Shown here in pieces: positions 23,924 through 34,284 of a stretch of DNA of 64,000 nucleotides. Below the pieces are notes generated by a model, which was not told the DNA's origin, did no database searches, and was given only the letters and a program-made list of their open reading frames with translations. Source of the stretch: Coraliomargaritaceae bacterium (GTDB lineage Bacteria > Verrucomicrobiota > Verrucomicrobiia > Opitutales > Coraliomargaritaceae); contig CBFHKU010000006.1 of assembly GCA_965656495.1 (NCBI GenBank), positions 32,001 to 96,000 of the forward strand, in the 5' to 3' direction. Each line of letters opens with the position of its first letter. The first letter of the stretch is position 1. The translations under genes were made by a program, and so were the position numbers.

Positions 23924-25069
23924 ATGTTTTCACTGCTATACCGTCATCTTCTTCGGGAAATCTCGACTGCCACTGCCTTGGCAATGGGATTATTCGTTTT
24001 TGTTCTGTTGTTGGGTAACGCCATGGGGGATATCTTTGGGCTAATGTTTGCGGGGAAGTTGGATGCGGTTTTATTTTTCAAATTGTTGGCATTATTGATT
24101 CCCTATGTGACGGCTTATGCGCTGCCGCTGGGGATGTTGACGGGAACCTTGATGGCCTTGGGGCGATTATCTGCACAGCATGAGATTACCGCGATGAAGT
24201 CGGCGGGGCTTGGAATGGCACAACTTGCGAGTCCGGTCTTTTTTCTTTCCTCGCTGGGAGTAGTGGCGGGATTGGTTGTAAATTTGCAATACGCGCCGCA
24301 GTCGCGTGCCGCCTACAAAAATCTGATTGCCTCGGCAGTGACAGAAAACCCGCTTGGTTTTATCGAAGCGCGTCGCTTCATTAATGAATTTCCCGGCGCG
24401 GTAATTTATGCCGGCGAGCGGGAGGGTTCCCGCTTGGGTGATGTATGGTTTTGGAAACTGGATGACTCCAAGCAGGTAGAGCTATTTATCCGCGGTCGTG
24501 AGGGGCAGGTCGAATACCGGGAAGCGGAAAATGCGCTGGTTCTGACTTTGTTGGATGGGACGACGGAGCAACGAAAAACTGCGGGCGATGGGGGTTCCGG
24601 GGCGGCGGAATTCAACATGCTGGATTTTGGAGAGCTTTCTTTTGAATGGTCGCTCGACTCGGTTTTTGAAGCCCGCGCGGCGCGTCCCACCAAGCTCAAG
24701 AATATGACTTTTGCGCAACAAATGGCGCAGCGGGAAAAGTTGAAAGCGGAAGAGGTTGCGGCGGACACGGGGCTTTCCCAGGAACGCCTGCAGGTGCAAT
24801 TCTACATTCAGCAAAATTGTGCCTATGCATTTTCGATTTTCTCGCTCGCGATTTTTGGAGTGCCGCTCGCCATTCGCGTTGGGCGGCATGAAAGCTACTC
24901 CAACCTGGCGCTCGCGCTGGTGGTGGCGCTGGTCTTTTATGCCCTTATGATTGCGGTCAGTTGGTTGGAGGGGCAAGTCTGGTTGCGCCCGGACCTGCTG
25001 ATCTGGTTGCCCAATCTCATCTTTCAGTCTCTGGGCATCTATCTTCTGGCGCGCGTTAACCGACATTAA
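23924..25069 (+). CDS. LptF/LptG family LPS export permease
   Basis: LPLGML, GRLSAQHEITAMKSAG, GVPLAI, WLPNLI. Confidence 0.9.
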   Translation: MFSLLYRHLLREISTATALAMGLFVFVLLLGNAMGDIFGLMFAGKLDAVLFFKLLALLIPYVTAYALPLGMLTGTLMALGRLSAQHEITAMKSAGLGMAQLASPVFFLSSLGVVAGLVVNLQYAPQSRAAYKNLIASAVTENPLGFIEARRFINEFPGAVIYAGEREGSRLGDVWFWKLDDSKQVELFIRGREGQVEYREAENALVLTLLDGTTEQRKTAGDGGSGAAEFNMLDFGELSFEWSLDSVFEARAARPTKLKNMTFAQQMAQREKLKAEEVAADTGLSQERLQVQFYIQQNCAYAFSIFSLAIFGVPLAIRVGRHESYSNLALALVVALVFYALMIAVSWLEGQVWLRPDLLIWLPNLIFQSLGIYLLARVNRH

Positions 25070-25071
25070 TC

Positions 25072-26394
25072 ATGCAAGTACGGTTATTGGAAGGTCGTTG
25101 GACTGCGGAAGATCTGTTATTGCGGCTAGAGGGGCAGGATCGTCCCTTTGCCTTGGATAGTGCGCAATCGAATGACGGCTTGGGAGAATGGAGTTTTTTT
25201 GGCGCGAATCCCTTTGAATTGGTAACAGGGGATGCGGGTTTGGGAGCGTTGCGGGCGGCGATGCAGCCCTATGCCCGCCAGCCGAGTGGCGAGATCCCCT
25301 TTACCGGAGGTGCGGTGGGTTATTTGGCGTATGACTACGGGCGTCGGCTGGAACGCATTCCGGAGCAGACGGTGGATGACCGGGCGATTCCGGATCTTTG
25401 CTTCGGGCTCTATGACGGGATTGCGGCTCTGGAGCATCAAACCGGGAAGCTGTATTTAATCGCGTTGGGGATTCGGGCTCCGGAGGAGTCGGTCTTGCGC
25501 GAACTGGAGGCGACTCTGCGAGCGGCGAGACCCGAGCCGGCATGGAAGCTGCCGACCCGCGAGCCTTGGGAATGGAATGGATCGGAGGCTGATTTCATGC
25601 GATCGGTGGAGCGCATCAAGGGTTACATCGCGAGCGGAGATGCTTATCAGGTGAATTTGTCGCGGCGGGCGCGGTGCCGTTATGAAGGGGCGCCGATGCA
25701 ATTGTATCGTGCGCTGCGGCGGGGGAATCCCGCGCCTTACGGAGCGTATCTGGACTGCGGCAACTGGCAGTTAATTTCAACCTCTCCGGAGCAGTTTTTG
25801 CGCAAGACAGGGCGGGAACTTTGCACACGACCGATCAAGGGGACGCGTCCGCGTGGGGTCGGCAGTCAAGAGGATGCGGTTCTTGCGGCAGATTTGGAGG
25901 GCTCGGAGAAGGAGCGTGCGGAGTTGTTGATGATCGTGGATTTGGTACGCAATGATCTCGGTCGGGTCGCGGAGTATGGCTCGGTGCAGGTGGAGCAATT
26001 GTATCATCAGGAATACTATGCGCGAGTGATGCACCAGACCGCCCAAGTGCGGGCGCGATTGGCGGAGGGCAAGGATGTTTTTGATTGCGTGGAGGCGCTC
26101 TTTCCCGGGGGTTCGATAACGGGTGCGCCCAAGATTCGTGCGATGGAAATCATTGAGGAGTTGGAACCGACCCGGCGCGGGGTTTATTGTGGTTCGATGG
26201 GTTATATTGGTTTTGATGGGGAGGCCGAGTTGAACATCGCGATTCGCAGTTTGCATTTAAAAGATGGCTGGCTGGATTATCAAGTGGGCGGAGGTATTGT
26301 ATGGGATTCCGACCCGCAGGCGGAGTTACAGGAAACCATCGACAAAGGTCGCGCCATTCACGAAACAATCGAAGCATTATGTCAGCCATCATAA
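25072..26394 (+). CDS. pabB: Aminodeoxychorismate synthase component I
   Basis: YQVNL, TSPEQF, RPIKGTRPR, KERAELLMIVDLVRNDL, FPGGSITGAPK. Confidence 0.92.
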   Translation: MQVRLLEGRWTAEDLLLRLEGQDRPFALDSAQSNDGLGEWSFFGANPFELVTGDAGLGALRAAMQPYARQPSGEIPFTGGAVGYLAYDYGRRLERIPEQTVDDRAIPDLCFGLYDGIAALEHQTGKLYLIALGIRAPEESVLRELEATLRAARPEPAWKLPTREPWEWNGSEADFMRSVERIKGYIASGDAYQVNLSRRARCRYEGAPMQLYRALRRGNPAPYGAYLDCGNWQLISTSPEQFLRKTGRELCTRPIKGTRPRGVGSQEDAVLAADLEGSEKERAELLMIVDLVRNDLGRVAEYGSVQVEQLYHQEYYARVMHQTAQVRARLAEGKDVFDCVEALFPGGSITGAPKIRAMEIIEELEPTRRGVYCGSMGYIGFDGEAELNIAIRSLHLKDGWLDYQVGGGIVWDSDPQAELQETIDKGRAIHETIEALCQPS

Positions 26395-27194
26395 AAATCG
26401 CAACGGGCGGGAGTCTTGAACTGGAACCCGGTGATGGCGCTTTTGCCTACGGGGAGGGTCTGTTTGAAACGATCAAGTTGAGGGCGGGCGGGTTGTGTTT
26501 TTGGCGGGGGCACTGGGCGCGGCTGGCGGCCTCTGCGGAAGCGCTGGGCTTTGTCCTCCCGAAAGAAGAGGCGGTGCTGGAGGCCTTGCGTGAATGGTTG
26601 GCGGCAGAGGGGCGCGAGTCGGGCATTGTGAAGCTGTCCTTAGTGCGGCAGGGCGAGGGCTGCGTGCTGTATATTTATGGGCGCAGGGAAGCGGACCCCG
26701 TTGCCGGGCAGGTGCGCCTCCAGTTGGAAAAGGAGACGCGGCTGAATCCGTACTCCTTGCTGGCGGGGCACAAATCGCATAATTACATGGAGGCGATGAC
26801 GCTGTGGCGCCGGGCACGGGCTGCGGGGTTTTACGATTGCCTGCGCTTGAATGCCACCGGTCATTTGGCGGAGGCCTGTGTTGCGAATCTCTTTTTCCTG
26901 AAGGCGGGGGTGGTTCACACTCCGGCGTTGGCGAGTGGGATTTTGCCCGGGGTCATTCGCGCGGAAGTCCTGCGTTTGGCGGCAGAGGAGAATCTGGAAA
27001 CCCGCGAGGGGGATTATGTTCCCGGGGATCTCGCGGATGCGGAGGCGGTTTTTTTGACGAATTCGGTAGCGGGGATTGTTCCGGTGGAATTGGTGGAAGC
27101 GGTTTTTGAAAGCGGTGGTTTAGAGCAGGGGCAGGTGGATTCATTGCGGGCGCGGCTTGCCTTGGCGGAACAAAGCGCTTCTGTAATTCCCTGA
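26379..27194 (+). CDS. pabC: Class IV aminotransferase / aminodeoxychorismate lyase
   Basis: AYGEGLFET, GHKSHNY, GILPGVIR, FLTNS; lies between pabB and folP. Confidence 0.8.
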   Translation: MSAIIKIATGGSLELEPGDGAFAYGEGLFETIKLRAGGLCFWRGHWARLAASAEALGFVLPKEEAVLEALREWLAAEGRESGIVKLSLVRQGEGCVLYIYGRREADPVAGQVRLQLEKETRLNPYSLLAGHKSHNYMEAMTLWRRARAAGFYDCLRLNATGHLAEACVANLFFLKAGVVHTPALASGILPGVIRAEVLRLAAEENLETREGDYVPGDLADAEAVFLTNSVAGIVPVELVEAVFESGGLEQGQVDSLRARLALAEQSASVIP

Positions 27195-28036
27195 TGTCTG
27201 CTGCAAAAATATTCCACACCTCCCGCCGGGATTTGCCTTTGGGTCAGCGGACATATTTGGCGGGCATTTTGAATTTAACCCCGGATTCTTTTTCGGACGG
27301 AGGGGATTACGATAATCAGGAGGCGGCACGGGCGCGTTTTCATGCGATGACGGCGGCGGGCGCCGAGCTTATCGATATAGGCGGGGAATCCACTCGCCCG
27401 GGTTTTGAGCCGGTCTCGGAGGCGGAGGAGTTGGAGCGGGTGGTGCCTTTTATTGAGCGGGTTCGGGGTGAGACCTCGGCCTTGATTTCGGTGGACACCT
27501 CCAAGAGCGGGGTTGCTGCCGCCGCGCTGGCGGCAGGTGCGGATATCGTGAATGACATTTGGGGTGCACAGGGCGATCCGGCGATGGCAGAAGTGATGGG
27601 TGCGGCGAAGGCAGCTTGTATTTTGATGCATAATCGTCCCGCCGAGGCGGCGGGGGAGGGAGATGTGATTGAGTCCATTTTGGAATTTTGGGAGGTTTCG
27701 GTGGCACGGGTTTTGGCGGCAGGGGTGGCCGCGGAATCCATCATTCTTGATCCGGGACTGGGGTTTGGAAAAACCTACGAGGAGAACTGGGAAATCATGC
27801 GGCGGCTGGAGGAATTACATGCGGCGGGCTACCCGCTCTTGCTGGGGGCCTCGCGGAAATCGATGTTGGCGCGGTTGTTGCAGATCGAGGATCCAAAGGC
27901 GCGGCTGAGCGGAACCCTGGGCACAACGGCGCGGGCGATTCAGGCTGGTGTTGCTTTTTTACGTGTGCACGATGTGCGGGAAAACCGCGAATGCGCGGAT
28001 GTTTTGAATTACTGCTGCCATGAAAAAAAGAACTAA
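27194..28036 (+). CDS. folP: Dihydropteroate synthase
   Basis: GILNLTPDSFSDGG, DIGGESTRPG, DPGLGFGK, SRKS, RVHDV. Confidence 0.96.
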   Translation: MSAAKIFHTSRRDLPLGQRTYLAGILNLTPDSFSDGGDYDNQEAARARFHAMTAAGAELIDIGGESTRPGFEPVSEAEELERVVPFIERVRGETSALISVDTSKSGVAAAALAAGADIVNDIWGAQGDPAMAEVMGAAKAACILMHNRPAEAAGEGDVIESILEFWEVSVARVLAAGVAAESIILDPGLGFGKTYEENWEIMRRLEELHAAGYPLLLGASRKSMLARLLQIEDPKARLSGTLGTTARAIQAGVAFLRVHDVRENRECADVLNYCCHEKKN

Positions 28037-28388
28037 GATTGAATTAAAGGGCTTGGAATTTTTCGCGCACCACGGGGTCTTGCCGGAGGAGGCAAAACTC
28101 GGGCAGCGTTTCTCGGTGGACGTGGTTCTGGAGTTGGATCCTGAAATGAGTTTTGAAAGTGATGCGGTGGAATCGACCGTCAATTATGCGGAGGTCTACG
28201 CTCTGGTGGAGCGGATTTTTACGGGCGAGCGCTATCATTTGATTGAAAGGGCAGCGGAGGTCATTGCGGAAGGGGTACTCGCGGATTTTGAGAAGGTGCG
28301 TGAAGTGGGGGTCAAGGTATGCAAGCCCTCCGCGCCGATCCCCGGGATTTTTGAGTATTGCTCGGCGGAGGTGTGGCAATGCCGTTAA
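28020..28388 (+). CDS. folB: Dihydroneopterin aldolase
   Basis: FFAHHGVLPEEAKLGQRF, TVNY, LIE, KPSAPI. Confidence 0.94.
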   Translation: MKKRTKIELKGLEFFAHHGVLPEEAKLGQRFSVDVVLELDPEMSFESDAVESTVNYAEVYALVERIFTGERYHLIERAAEVIAEGVLADFEKVREVGVKVCKPSAPIPGIFEYCSAEVWQCR

Positions 28389-28891
28389 CGCGAGCCTTCG
28401 TGGCTTTTGGGAGTAACGTGGGCGATCGTTTGGGAACGATGCAGGCGGCGTTGCGTCACTTGACGGAGGATGGGCAAACGCGCTGCCTCAAGACGAGTCC
28501 GGTGTATGAGAATCGGGCGGTGGGCATGGGCGAGGCCGCGCCGTTTTTGAATGCGGTGGTTGAATTTGAAACGGTATTGGATGCGGATGCCTTACTGGAG
28601 GCCTGTCTGTCGGTGGAGGCGATGCTGGGCCGTGAGCGGGCGGGTTCGTGGAAACCGCGCACCATTGATTTGGATGTGCTGCTTTTTGGGGCGGAGCGGC
28701 GGGAGGACGCGCAGCTTGTTTTGCCGCATCCACGTATTGCGGAGCGGGATTTTGTGGCGCAACCGTTATTGGATATCGCACCGGATTTGGAAATTGAAGG
28801 GCGTGGAATCGGTGCAATCGTAGCGGGGTTGCCGGAGTTTGAACTTGTGCTTTACGCGGCGCAACTGGAGGCGCAGTCTGCGGAAAGATGA
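28379..28891 (+). CDS. folK: 6-hydroxymethyl-7,8-dihydropterin pyrophosphokinase
   Basis: GSNVGDR, FLNAV, PRTIDLD, LPHPRIAERDFV. Confidence 0.95.
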   Translation: MPLTRAFVAFGSNVGDRLGTMQAALRHLTEDGQTRCLKTSPVYENRAVGMGEAAPFLNAVVEFETVLDADALLEACLSVEAMLGRERAGSWKPRTIDLDVLLFGAERREDAQLVLPHPRIAERDFVAQPLLDIAPDLEIEGRGIGAIVAGLPEFELVLYAAQLEAQSAER

Positions 28892-29184
28892 AACCAGAGG
28901 TGGAGATTGAATATTGCCCCGGTTGCCGCTGGTTGATGCGGGCGGCATGGACGGCGCAGGAATTGTTGACGACTTTTGAAGCGGAACGGTTAGCGGTGCG
29001 TTTGCGGCCCTCGGAAACGGGGGGACGTTTCACGGTTCGTTTGTCGGGTGAGGTTGTTTGGGACCGGGCGGCGGAGGGTCGTTTCCCGGAAATGAAGGAA
29101 TTGAAGCAGTTGTTGCGCGACCGGATTGCGCCGGAGCGGGATTTGGGGCACAGCGATCGAAAAGAGGGGAGCCGCGATGCCTGA
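28888..29184 (+). CDS. SelT/SelW/SelH (Rdx) family protein
   Basis: EIEYCPGCRWLMRAAWTAQELLTTF, LRDRIAP.RDLGHSD. Confidence 0.92.
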   Translation: MKPEVEIEYCPGCRWLMRAAWTAQELLTTFEAERLAVRLRPSETGGRFTVRLSGEVVWDRAAEGRFPEMKELKQLLRDRIAPERDLGHSDRKEGSRDA

Positions 29185-29899
29185 TCCGGTGGATGCGATG
29201 GTGCGGGCGGCGCGGGAACTCGCCGATGGAGTGGACGCCCTGGATTTTGCGCCGCCAACGGAGGTGGTTTATAATCCCTTGCGGTATGCCTGGGCGGCGC
29301 ATGAGCAATACCTGCGCCTGCACGCGCGGGGAAAGAAACGGGTGATTTTCCTGGGGATGAACCCCGGGCCGTTTGGGATGGCGCAATGCGGGGTGCCGTT
29401 TGGCGAGATTGCGCTGGTGCGCGATTGGGTGGGGGTCGAAGCTCCGGTTGAACAACCACCGGTGGTGCACCCGAAGCGCCCGATCGAAGGGTTTGCCTGC
29501 CAGCGCAGCGAGGTGAGCGGGCGCCGTTTATGGGGTGCCTTCAAGGATCGTTTTGGCACGGCGGAAGCGTTTTTTGCTGATCATTTCGTGGCAAATTATT
29601 GTCCTTTGGTTTTCATGGAAGCTTCGGGAAAAAACCGCACCCCGGACAAACTGCCGGCTTCGGAGGCGGAGGCTTTGGGCTCGCTTTGCGCCGCGCATTT
29701 GCAGGCGGTGGTTGCGGCGCTGGAGCCGGAATGGGTGATTGGGGTCGGTGCGTTTGCGGAGCAGCAGGCGGCGGAGGCGCTGGCGGGTGGTGCTGCGCGG
29801 GTGGGTCGAATCCTGCATCCCAGTCCTGCGAGTCCGGCGGCGAATCGTGGCTGGGCGGAACAGGCGAGTGCGCAACTGGAGGCCTTGGGCATCTGGTGA
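29177..29899 (+). CDS. SMUG1-type (family 3) uracil-DNA glycosylase
   Basis: YNPL.YA, GMNPGPFGMAQ.GVPFG, RSEVSG.RLW, NYCPL, HPSPASP. Confidence 0.92.
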   Translation: MPDPVDAMVRAARELADGVDALDFAPPTEVVYNPLRYAWAAHEQYLRLHARGKKRVIFLGMNPGPFGMAQCGVPFGEIALVRDWVGVEAPVEQPPVVHPKRPIEGFACQRSEVSGRRLWGAFKDRFGTAEAFFADHFVANYCPLVFMEASGKNRTPDKLPASEAEALGSLCAAHLQAVVAALEPEWVIGVGAFAEQQAAEALAGGAARVGRILHPSPASPAANRGWAEQASAQLEALGIW

Positions 29900-29969
29900 A
29901 AGTGAAGCCTCCATGCATTTAAAATTGTCAACTTCCGGGAAGTGTGTCGTATATTTTATTTTTTAAGTT

Positions 29970-30359
29970 ATGCAAATTACTCTACTCAAATCGAAGCTGT
30001 TGCGTGCAGAAGTGACGGATCGGGCCCTGCACTACGAGGGAAGTTTGGCAATCGACGCAGATTTTATGCAGGCGGTGGGCTTGCGGCCCTATGAGAAAAT
30101 TTTGGTGGGCAATATCAGTAACGGGGAGCGTTTTGAAACCTATGCGATCGAGGCGCCGAGTGGTTCGCATTGCATCGCCCTCAATGGTGCGGCGGCGCAC
30201 AAGGGTGAGTTGGGGGATTTGCTGGTGATTATGGCATTTGGCATGTTTGAGGCGGAAGAGGCGGAACACTGGAAGCCTCGGGTCTTGCTCCTTTCTGAGG
30301 GCAACCGGAGTGCGGTACTTCAGGAAAAAGTACTGCTTGCGAAGGACATTATACAATAA
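29970..30359 (+). CDS. panD: Aspartate 1-decarboxylase
   Basis: YEGS cleavage site, [14 protein letters not shown]. Confidence 0.95.
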   Translation: MQITLLKSKLLRAEVTDRALHYEGSLAIDADFMQAVGLRPYEKILVGNISNGERFETYAIEAPSGSHCIALNGAAAHKGELGDLLVIMAFGMFEAEEAEHWKPRVLLLSEGNRSAVLQEKVLLAKDIIQ

Positions 30360-30744
30360 GAAGGGACGAGCTCAGATTCTACAGACGAAACAGCGGGAAG
30401 CCATTTTGAAGGTTTTGCAGGAGGCAAAACGCCCGCTTACGCGCGACGAAATCTTATCTTTGGCGCGTAAAAAGATTCCACGCTTGGGGTTTTCCACTGT
30501 TAATCTCGCGATTCGCAAATTTTCGGAGGAGTACGATCTAGTCGGGGTGGATTTTCCGGGGCAACCACGCCGCTATGAATTGCCTGCGGATAGGGAGCAC
30601 CCGCATTTTATTTGCCGGAAGTGCAATCGGGTTTATGATTTGGATTGTGTGATGCAGTTACCACCGCTGCGGGCGCCGAAGGGTTTTGTGGTTTCGGGTG
30701 GGGAAGTTATCTATACGGGTATATGCAGGGCATGCAATCAATGA
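30337..30744 (+). CDS. Fur family transcriptional regulator
   Basis: [26 protein letters not shown]; start uncertain (TTG 30337 assumed). Confidence 0.82.
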   Translation: MRRTLYNKKGRAQILQTKQREAILKVLQEAKRPLTRDEILSLARKKIPRLGFSTVNLAIRKFSEEYDLVGVDFPGQPRRYELPADREHPHFICRKCNRVYDLDCVMQLPPLRAPKGFVVSGGEVIYTGICRACNQ

Positions 30745-31616
30745 AGCGAATCCTACTGCGCCTGTTGTTCTTGAGTCTGACGCCTTCAATTGCCTGCGCA
30801 CTCGCAAAAGCGGAGGCGCCGAGTGCGAATGAGCCGGTTCAACGTTTGGTTAGTCTGGCGCCAAGTATCACGGAAGTTGTTTATGCGCTAGATGCAGAGG
30901 ATCGGTTGGTGGGGCGTTCAAAAAATTGTGATTTCCCGGCGGTTGCTTTGGCGGTGGAATCGGTCGGGCGAATCGATATGCCGAATCTGGAAAAGATAGT
31001 TTTGCTTGATCCGGATCTGGTCGTGATGACGAATTTAACGCCGGTGGATGTCATGCGCCGCTTGGAGGATTTGGGGATGCGGGTGGTACGTTTGAGGGCG
31101 GACCGGCTGGAGGATATTACGGAAGCGTTGCGGCGTTTAGGGGCGTTGCTGGGTCAGAATGCGGAAGCGGAGTGGATGGTGGGTTTATTTGCGGGGGCGT
31201 TGGCTGACTTGACGGCAAAGGGCGAAGCTTATGATGGGGCAGCTCCGCGTGCCTGTGTTTTATATGGATGTGACGCGCCGTATTTCAGTGCGGGAAAGGG
31301 GACTTTCCCGAGTGCTTTACTGGAGCGGGCCGGGTTTAGTAATATTGCGAAGGCGGCACCGGTAGCATGGCCGCAGTTGAATTTGGAATGGTTGATTCGC
31401 CAGGATCCCGAAGCCATTTTTATCGCGGGATATGGGGAGGCGGAATCGGGGGAGTTGGAATTGGAACGCCTGCGGTCGAGTGCGCTATGGAATCAGGTTT
31501 CGGCAATCCGGAACGGGCGGGTTTATTTCATTGGGAACAATGCCCTCTCGGTTCCGGGATTTCGGGCGATTGACGCACTGCATCGATTTTCAGAAGTGCG
31601 GGCTGAATTTCCCTAA
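30741..31616 (+). CDS. BtuF-like helical-backbone substrate-binding protein
   Basis: RLVSLAPSITE, CDFP, PNLEKIVLLDPDLV, WPQLNLE, AIRNGRV. Confidence 0.85.
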   Translation: MKRILLRLLFLSLTPSIACALAKAEAPSANEPVQRLVSLAPSITEVVYALDAEDRLVGRSKNCDFPAVALAVESVGRIDMPNLEKIVLLDPDLVVMTNLTPVDVMRRLEDLGMRVVRLRADRLEDITEALRRLGALLGQNAEAEWMVGLFAGALADLTAKGEAYDGAAPRACVLYGCDAPYFSAGKGTFPSALLERAGFSNIAKAAPVAWPQLNLEWLIRQDPEAIFIAGYGEAESGELELERLRSSALWNQVSAIRNGRVYFIGNNALSVPGFRAIDALHRFSEVRAEFP

Positions 31617-31687
31617 GGGAATCCTTGCGCTCGTCGTTCGATTCTCATTATAAGCGATCTGGATCAAGAGCTTTAATCGTTAAATTT

Positions 31688-32527
31688 ATGGATAAAAAAC
31701 TACAAGCAGGAGTGAAGGCACGTTTGGATGCGGTTGAAGGGATGTTGCCCGAACTGGAGCAATTTTTAATGGATTTACAGGCAGGGGATTTTGGAATTGA
31801 GACAAAGACCAATGCCTTTGACCTCGTGACGGAGGGTGATGTCGCGAGTCAGGCGCGGCTCGTCGAATTCATTGAGGGGCAGTTTCCGGATGACCAGATC
31901 ATCGGGGAGGAAGGCGGCGAACAGGATATGGTTCCGCAGCAGGGGTTTTGCTGGGTTCTGGATCCGATTGACGGGACGACCAATTTCGCGAATCGCATCC
32001 CGATGTGGGCGATTTCTATCGGGGTCTTGTATGACGGTGAGCCAGTTGGCGGGATTGTATCGGGGCCGGCATTGGGGCTGCGTTATCGTGGTGAATTGAA
32101 TGGCGGTGCGCTTTGCAATGGTCGGCCCATTCGGGTGAATGAGAAGGCGCCGCTACGGTCTGGCTTGGTGGTGACGGGCTTCCCTTATGATCGGGCGCGA
32201 CGGGCTGAGCCGATTTCGCGGGCTTTGGCGAATATGTTGCGCGAGGCGGGTGGGGTGCGCCGTTTGGGAGCCGCCTCGCTGGATTTTTGTTTTGTAGCGG
32301 ATGGGCGCATTTCGGGCTATTACGAAATGTCGCTCAAGCCTTGGGATGCCGCCGCAGGGGTGGTGATCGCACGTGAGGCCGGGGCGACGCTCAGCAATAT
32401 GTCGGGCGGGGCACTGGATATTTTTAAGGATGAAGGGACGATTGTGACGAACGGGAAGATCCACGATGAATTGCGGGTGCAAGCGGCGCCGATGCTGGAG
32501 GCGCTCGCACTCGGTCCATCGGCCTAG
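31688..32527 (+). CDS. suhB: Inositol monophosphatase family protein
   Basis: DLVTEGD, IIGEE, WVLDPIDGTTNF, TGFPYD, KPWDAAAG. Confidence 0.88.
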   Translation: MDKKLQAGVKARLDAVEGMLPELEQFLMDLQAGDFGIETKTNAFDLVTEGDVASQARLVEFIEGQFPDDQIIGEEGGEQDMVPQQGFCWVLDPIDGTTNFANRIPMWAISIGVLYDGEPVGGIVSGPALGLRYRGELNGGALCNGRPIRVNEKAPLRSGLVVTGFPYDRARRAEPISRALANMLREAGGVRRLGAASLDFCFVADGRISGYYEMSLKPWDAAAGVVIAREAGATLSNMSGGALDIFKDEGTIVTNGKIHDELRVQAAPMLEALALGPSA

Positions 32528-32602
32528 AGTGAGGGCTTATGGAGGCGCGGGCTTTCCAGTCTTGACCTTTTTGCGGCGGACCGCACTTTATCTCTTCCTT
32601 AC

Positions 32603-32677
<75 letters not shown>

Positions 32678-32733
32678 TTCGAATCGATTGTTCTCAATCC
32701 TTCCCTTCGGACCACCGTCAATCTGTTGATACC

Positions 32734-33510
32734 ATGATACGCATCCTTGGACGAACTGCACTCGGCCTGGTTTACGAGTTTGGCGATTGGACGGTTTTCA
32801 GTTTCGGTTCTTTTTTTGGTTTTTGGTCTCAGCGACGCCGGGGACACAAACTGGTAACCGCGATTCATGAGATCGGCGGTCGTTGTGTGCCGATTGTGCT
32901 TACGGTGGGTTTATTTACCGGGCTCGTGATGGGCTTGCAGCTATACTACACCTTGGCGCGCTTGGGGGCAGAGGCCGCGCTGGGGGATGCGGTGGGACTT
33001 TCGCTAGTGCGCGAACTAGGCCCGGTTTTAACGGCGCTCATGGTTGTCGGGCAATCGGGTTCCGCGATGACCTCGGAGCTGGGTTTCCAGCGCAATGACG
33101 AGCAAATTGATGCGCTGCAAACGATGGGGATCGATGCCAAGAGTTTCCTGGTTGGGCCGCGCTTGTGGGCGGCTCTGTTTTGTTTTCCGGCGCTGACCGC
33201 ACTCTTTGATTTGATCGGAGTGTTTGGCGGTTATCTGACGGGTTCGGTGCTCTTGAATGTGGATGCGGGGGTCTATTGGAACCACGTATTCGATAGCATC
33301 ACCTGGGCGGATGTGCGCGGGGGCTTTATCAAGGCGGTTTGTTTTGGAGCGTTGACGATCTCGATTTGCGCTTATCGCGGGTTTTTCACGCATTTAAAGT
33401 CCAGCCTGCGCGGGGTGCGGGGGGTCAGTGAATCTGCGACGCGGGCGGTCGTTTTTTCGAGCGTCGCGGTTTTGGCGGCCGATTATTTAATCACTTCATT
33501 TTTAATTTAA
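32734..33510 (+). CDS. mlaE: Lipid asymmetry ABC permease
   Basis: RELGPVLTAL, EQIDAL..MG, GVSESATRAVV. Confidence 0.9.
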   Translation: MIRILGRTALGLVYEFGDWTVFSFGSFFGFWSQRRRGHKLVTAIHEIGGRCVPIVLTVGLFTGLVMGLQLYYTLARLGAEAALGDAVGLSLVRELGPVLTALMVVGQSGSAMTSELGFQRNDEQIDALQTMGIDAKSFLVGPRLWAALFCFPALTALFDLIGVFGGYLTGSVLLNVDAGVYWNHVFDSITWADVRGGFIKAVCFGALTISICAYRGFFTHLKSSLRGVRGVSESATRAVVFSSVAVLAADYLITSFLI

Positions 33511-33511
33511 C

Positions 33512-34264
33512 ATGAGCGAGAGTTTTCTCCAGATACGCGGCTTAAAGAAGCACTTCGGCGACAAGCGGGTGCTGGACGGGGTGGAGCTGGATATTGCGCG
33601 GGCCTCCGTTACCACGATCATCGGAAAGAGCGGCATCGGAAAATCCGTGCTTTTGAAATGTATTGCCAACCTCATGATTCCGGACGCGGGGGAAATTCTG
33701 CTCGATGGCAGCTCGATCCGCCTGAATCGCAAGCGTGCCGATCAAGAGGGGGGCTTCACTTTCAGTTACATGTTTCAAAATAATGCCCTCTTTGATTCGT
33801 TGACTGCATCTGAAAATGTAGCGTTGCCCTTACGGGAAGCAATGGGCATGACGGCCTCTGAAGCGAAGGGGAAGGTTGCGGAATTGTTTGAGCTATTGGA
33901 TTTGACGGAAGCGGGGGCACGTTATCCCGCAGAGCTTTCAGGGGGCATGCAAAAACGGGTGGCCTTGGCGCGTGCTTTAGTGACCAACCCGGAGGTGGTG
34001 CTTTTTGATGAACCAACCACCGGCCTTGATCCAGAACGGAAATTCGGGGTATTTGATATGATTGCGGACTACCGTGAGCGTTTCGGCTTTACCGCTTTAT
34101 TGGTGAGTCATGACATCCCGGAGGTTTTTGAAATCAGTGACCGCGTGGCGTGGTTGGATGATGGGCGCATCCGTTTTTTTGGCGATCCCTCCGAGCTGAA
34201 AGCGGACTCGTCCCGATCGTGGTCCGGCCTGTTGCAATCGCAGGCGGCTCCAAATGAAACTTAG
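33512..34264 (+). CDS. mlaF: Lipid asymmetry ABC ATPase
   Basis: GKSGIGKS, FQNNALFDS, ELSGGMQKRVALARA, DEPTTGLDP. Confidence 0.9.
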   Translation: MSESFLQIRGLKKHFGDKRVLDGVELDIARASVTTIIGKSGIGKSVLLKCIANLMIPDAGEILLDGSSIRLNRKRADQEGGFTFSYMFQNNALFDSLTASENVALPLREAMGMTASEAKGKVAELFELLDLTEAGARYPAELSGGMQKRVALARALVTNPEVVLFDEPTTGLDPERKFGVFDMIADYRERFGFTALLVSHDIPEVFEISDRVAWLDDGRIRFFGDPSELKADSSRSWSGLLQSQAAPNET

Positions 34265-34284
34265 CATTTTAATATATCGAAGGC

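Noticed and set aside
28888..29184. Selenoprotein
   Set aside because: The CPGC motif is encoded by TGC codons; there is no in-frame TGA
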